18,285 nucleotides of DNA from Candidatus Micrarchaeota archaeon. GTDB taxonomy: Archaea > Micrarchaeota > Micrarchaeia > Norongarragalinales > SBBD01. The notes beneath the pieces are model-generated. The model had not been told where the DNA came from. It worked only from the letters and a program-made list of their open reading frames with translations, and did not search any database. The translations under genes and the position numbers were made by a program. Numbering within the stretch: the stretch's first letter is position 1; each line of letters begins with the position of its first letter. The stretch spans positions 1 to 18,285 of the forward strand of contig JBBSVW010000038.1 of NCBI GenBank assembly GCA_038046605.1, in the 5' to 3' direction. This document shows, piece by piece, positions 16,401 to 18,285 of the stretch.

Positions 16401-18285
16401 GATCCCATTTGCTGCAATTGAAGCTGGTTACACCCCATACAAAGAACTTTTCCCGGCAAGCAACATGGTCCCCAAATCCTACTATGGAACAAATAGCGAA
16501 CTCATCCCGCCTGCAAATGGGCGCACCATGCTTCCAATTTACTTTTTGAACAACCGCCAGCTCCAAGCCGATAATGATGATTTATTCGCTGGCGCATTTG
16601 TTTCTGGTACTTTCAGGTCCACGATGCCTACTGAAATCCTCTCTGACAATGAAAACAAAGGGGGCGGCAAACTAATTGCCTGGGATGTGAATTACTGGAA
16701 CCAATTCATTGCAAATTCCCCAATCCAGCTTCACACCACGATTGCAAAACCTAGCTCTGTAATGACAGTTTCCCCAACAAATCAGCGTGGAACACTTCTT
16801 TCCCTTGTCGATGCGCCTGCAAATGCCGCCCCTTCCCAAAGGGTTGCTGCTTTCAAGAATGCGGTTTCCGATGCATCCAAAAAAAGCCTATTCCGGCGCG
16901 CCTACCCCAATGCGATTTCCCCCCCATCCAAGCCCTCTGACATCGAGGCGCTTTCGCCATATAAATATTTTGTTTCCTCAATTGAAACCACTCCCCCGAA
17001 ATTTTCCCTAATTTATTCCGAATGGGCAAACCATGTGATAAATTCCTATTCCTCGCAGCTTGGCGCAAGGTTCCTCAATTTTGAGAATGGGAATGACATG
17101 ACGCAGGACCACTGCCGTGTGCGCGAAGGGATTTACAAACTGACTGTACAATCACTGGATGGCGCCAACTGGGGTTATACCGGCGGCGCTTTTGGGATGG
17201 AAGCCCTGAAGATATCCCATACCACGAACAATTTGATTTGCCCGCAGATATATGCGTGCAATCTGATTGATGGCAGGCAGATAACAAATTCGCCCAATTT
17301 TGTGAACTCCCCAATTATCACTAAGCCCAAGGATTGCTTTTACTTCGAATACCCAATTGTGCCTGACGGTGCATCCGCAAACCCTGCAATTGACCTAACT
17401 GTAAATTATCGCGACATCACATCAAAGCCATCCGAAGAGCTAACGCCCGGAACATTTTACCTATCGCAAGATCAATCAAACGCACTTTCTGATGCATCAA
17501 TCACCTACATGGCCTCCGATGGCGAAACCTGGGGCGAGGTTGCGCCGTATGTGATGAGCGCCTCATATCCGGTTGTTTTCACCAACGATGAGCTTGGTGG
17601 AGCTTGCGGGGAGCAGATTGTAGCCGGCTGCATCTGCGGAGGTGCCACGCAGGATTCGAGCGGAGGTTATTGCTGCAATGGAGCAGTTTCTGATATCGCC
17701 TGCACCGCCAATGCCTGCGCTGATGGGGAAAGCGCAACACCAGCTGATCCATGCACCTGCGGGGGTACCATCATCTCCTCCGGCTATTGCTGTGATACCG
17801 GAATAGGCGTTCTTTCGCCAAGCCAAAGCACATGCACATTGATTTGCACAGATAAAGCCCAAATAACCTTGCCCTGTCTTTGCGGGCTTAATTTGGAGCA
17901 AAGCGGATATTGCTGCGGCCTAATAAAATATGCCGCTGGCTGCCCTCCAAGTTCAGTCACACTTGCCCTTATCAATATCATCCCAGATAAAACCTACGTT
18001 AGGGCGATATGGACAACAGATGTTCCAACTGATTTTAATCAACTAATCGTAACTGGCCCCCAATCAACTACCGCTGTATCTTATGCCTTCCAAACTAGCC
18101 ATGATCTAACCACAAACCCCCAGCTAACTGAAAACACCTTATATAATTATGAATTGAATTCATGCGCAGGAACTGCCTGCAATTCAATTTTTGGAACTTT
18201 TCGCACAGCATCCTCAACTTCTTCCCCATCTCCCAGCCCTTCCCCATCTGTTTCCCCATCTCCCAGCCCTTCCCCATCTGTTTCC
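13414..18285 (+). CDS. Giant membrane-anchored surface protein 2 (paralog of 5966..13381), 3'-partial, >1620 aa; not in ORF track
   Basis: Translated by hand from ATG 13414 (MADEWQEGPNG...) with no stop up to the window end. TM helix at about 13651-13710, then beta-sandwich repeats, shared motifs FKVDSIFPAD, NNRQ, AWD, FRR and EYP(I/V)VPDGA, CxCG..GYCC repeats, an FN3-like domain and a Ser/Pro linker. Confidence 0.93.
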   Translation, partial: MADEWQEGPNGPIGQLREKIGELTDFASNILQGTKDNISNLYSQGQEKYYAFADYLEDEKNIPIKRYFIEPFENAGIPTFPVLLFLVFLLFLILLFILWPRAPPSLELTVISENGDWVPDASVSLVFATNALDATTNSKGIAKFTNLRKGTAELQVSHPDYEQYNDTVTIKGKDKLKIELSPLPSDTINFEIFVKGKDGNPINGANLQLFVSGSDTAQNYQTDSSGKRLVKMPKGAEVTIAVSKEGYQDATLTTNSDAKKASISLLKVGEAPNGDKPIVEEEGYPPADLKIYTIDENNKPIRAYANIYDSRVSGTPLKSIATNDLGLAQVSDFTQGTPVTIVATFSGHQEARKSLTLKAKNEVTLVLKGVRNTQNATKKTDISVFDFKSKAPISQAKVTIFNSLNEMVVVGVTDAKGLSTFVLPTGSYNAFAEAPEYDFEKAILKAGDRKSIYLKLGGFVKLIVDSEDEDGKAYSRTAISFFDQTNGPVPPFTIYSSSNGKAKAEIKPGNYLIKAVKDALFGKKEILVLNQTNNTASVKMYHPRGYLKVEARDLKTRVPIPSFNVIVTDKATDEQAYSKACGAANCIFWLRAFKSYEIAGTATDFESSKATFITRIVDWNSSKMGENASDGTILPISFESNMSLYLKSTLIPPEEDGSFSMAFDAIYDESDSVQVSSLRRGRAYIAHFAADYDDILRKKGLYVKIGSELTSSSWESGFIESLLLSGGESPSRASGNAKLEASCNLLPESGLGSVHLRHALPEYSFDGTGTIKVMFSVSESIPVNYLNFLWQGRAVTKSNLPISQPAGIAAFNECTQTMQQEQLQIDNCGILNSPCCDDGCLTGLYCDETGGNICRNIGTKPPNLFECPSLEIQLTGYGTPHPSCERVTFKVDSIFPADAIPLSALDTSGTPTSYYNLKFTSKTNPSLDVSQCFSWSQSVNYGGTALRYWPKGTCPYKPNGNSVPAAVFYMNITDIITTRTRSIEINVENETTMPFGIPFAAIEAGYTPYKELFPASNMVPKSYYGTNSELIPPANGRTMLPIYFLNNRQLQADNDDLFAGAFVSGTFRSTMPTEILSDNENKGGGKLIAWDVNYWNQFIANSPIQLHTTIAKPSSVMTVSPTNQRGTLLSLVDAPANAAPSQRVAAFKNAVSDASKKSLFRRAYPNAISPPSKPSDIEALSPYKYFVSSIETTPPKFSLIYSEWANHVINSYSSQLGARFLNFENGNDMTQDHCRVREGIYKLTVQSLDGANWGYTGGAFGMEALKISHTTNNLICPQIYACNLIDGRQITNSPNFVNSPIITKPKDCFYFEYPIVPDGASANPAIDLTVNYRDITSKPSEELTPGTFYLSQDQSNALSDASITYMASDGETWGEVAPYVMSASYPVVFTNDELGGACGEQIVAGCICGGATQDSSGGYCCNGAVSDIACTANACADGESATPADPCTCGGTIISSGYCCDTGIGVLSPSQSTCTLICTDKAQITLPCLCGLNLEQSGYCCGLIKYAAGCPPSSVTLALINIIPDKTYVRAIWTTDVPTDFNQLIVTGPQSTTAVSYAFQTSHDLTTNPQLTENTLYNYELNSCAGTACNSIFGTFRTASSTSSPSPSPSPSVSPSPSPSPSVS
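17605..17943 (+). repeat. Three 41-aa CxCG-x5-7-GYCC repeats
   Basis: CICGG/CTCGG/CLCGL at 17629, 17752 and 17875 (123-nt spacing). Confidence 0.85.
18223..18285 (+). repeat. Perfect 30-nt tandem repeat encoding SPSPSPSPSV, running off the window
   Basis: TCCCCATCTCCCAGCCCTTCCCCATCTGTT twice, plus the start of a third copy. Confidence 0.9.

Noticed and set aside
7809-18277. Many short ORFs inside the giant genes, including 12108..12716 and 18095..18277
   Set aside because: They are off-frame or antisense shadows; 18095..18277 is just the reverse of the Ser/Pro repeat.
1-18285. tRNA, rRNA or transposase/integrase genes
   Set aside because: No cloverleaf, rRNA-like segment or DDE/tyrosine recombinase motif was recognised.

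Overview
Archaeal DNA, most likely DPANN (Micrarchaeota/Diapherotrites-like). This is inferred from TATA/BRE promoters, short leaders and the protein families present. The left 6 kb is an accessory island. It holds two orphan genes, an acylphosphatase, two membrane proteins and three toxin-antitoxin modules: MntA-HepT, Doc plus an unannotated 39-aa antitoxin-like peptide, and RHH-PIN. Several intergenic gaps are strongly structured, including a ~95-bp TA-flanked inverted-repeat element. The right 12.3 kb holds two tandem paralogous giant membrane-anchored surface proteins. Paralog 1 is one reading frame, 5966-13381 (~2470 codons), split by a single in-frame TAG at 7190-7192. Paralog 2 (13414 to beyond the window end, >1620 aa) is missing from the ORF track because it has no stop in the window. 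The two share an N-terminal anchor motif, a beta-sandwich stalk and an uncharacterised core, but carry different inserted and C-terminal Cys-rich modules.
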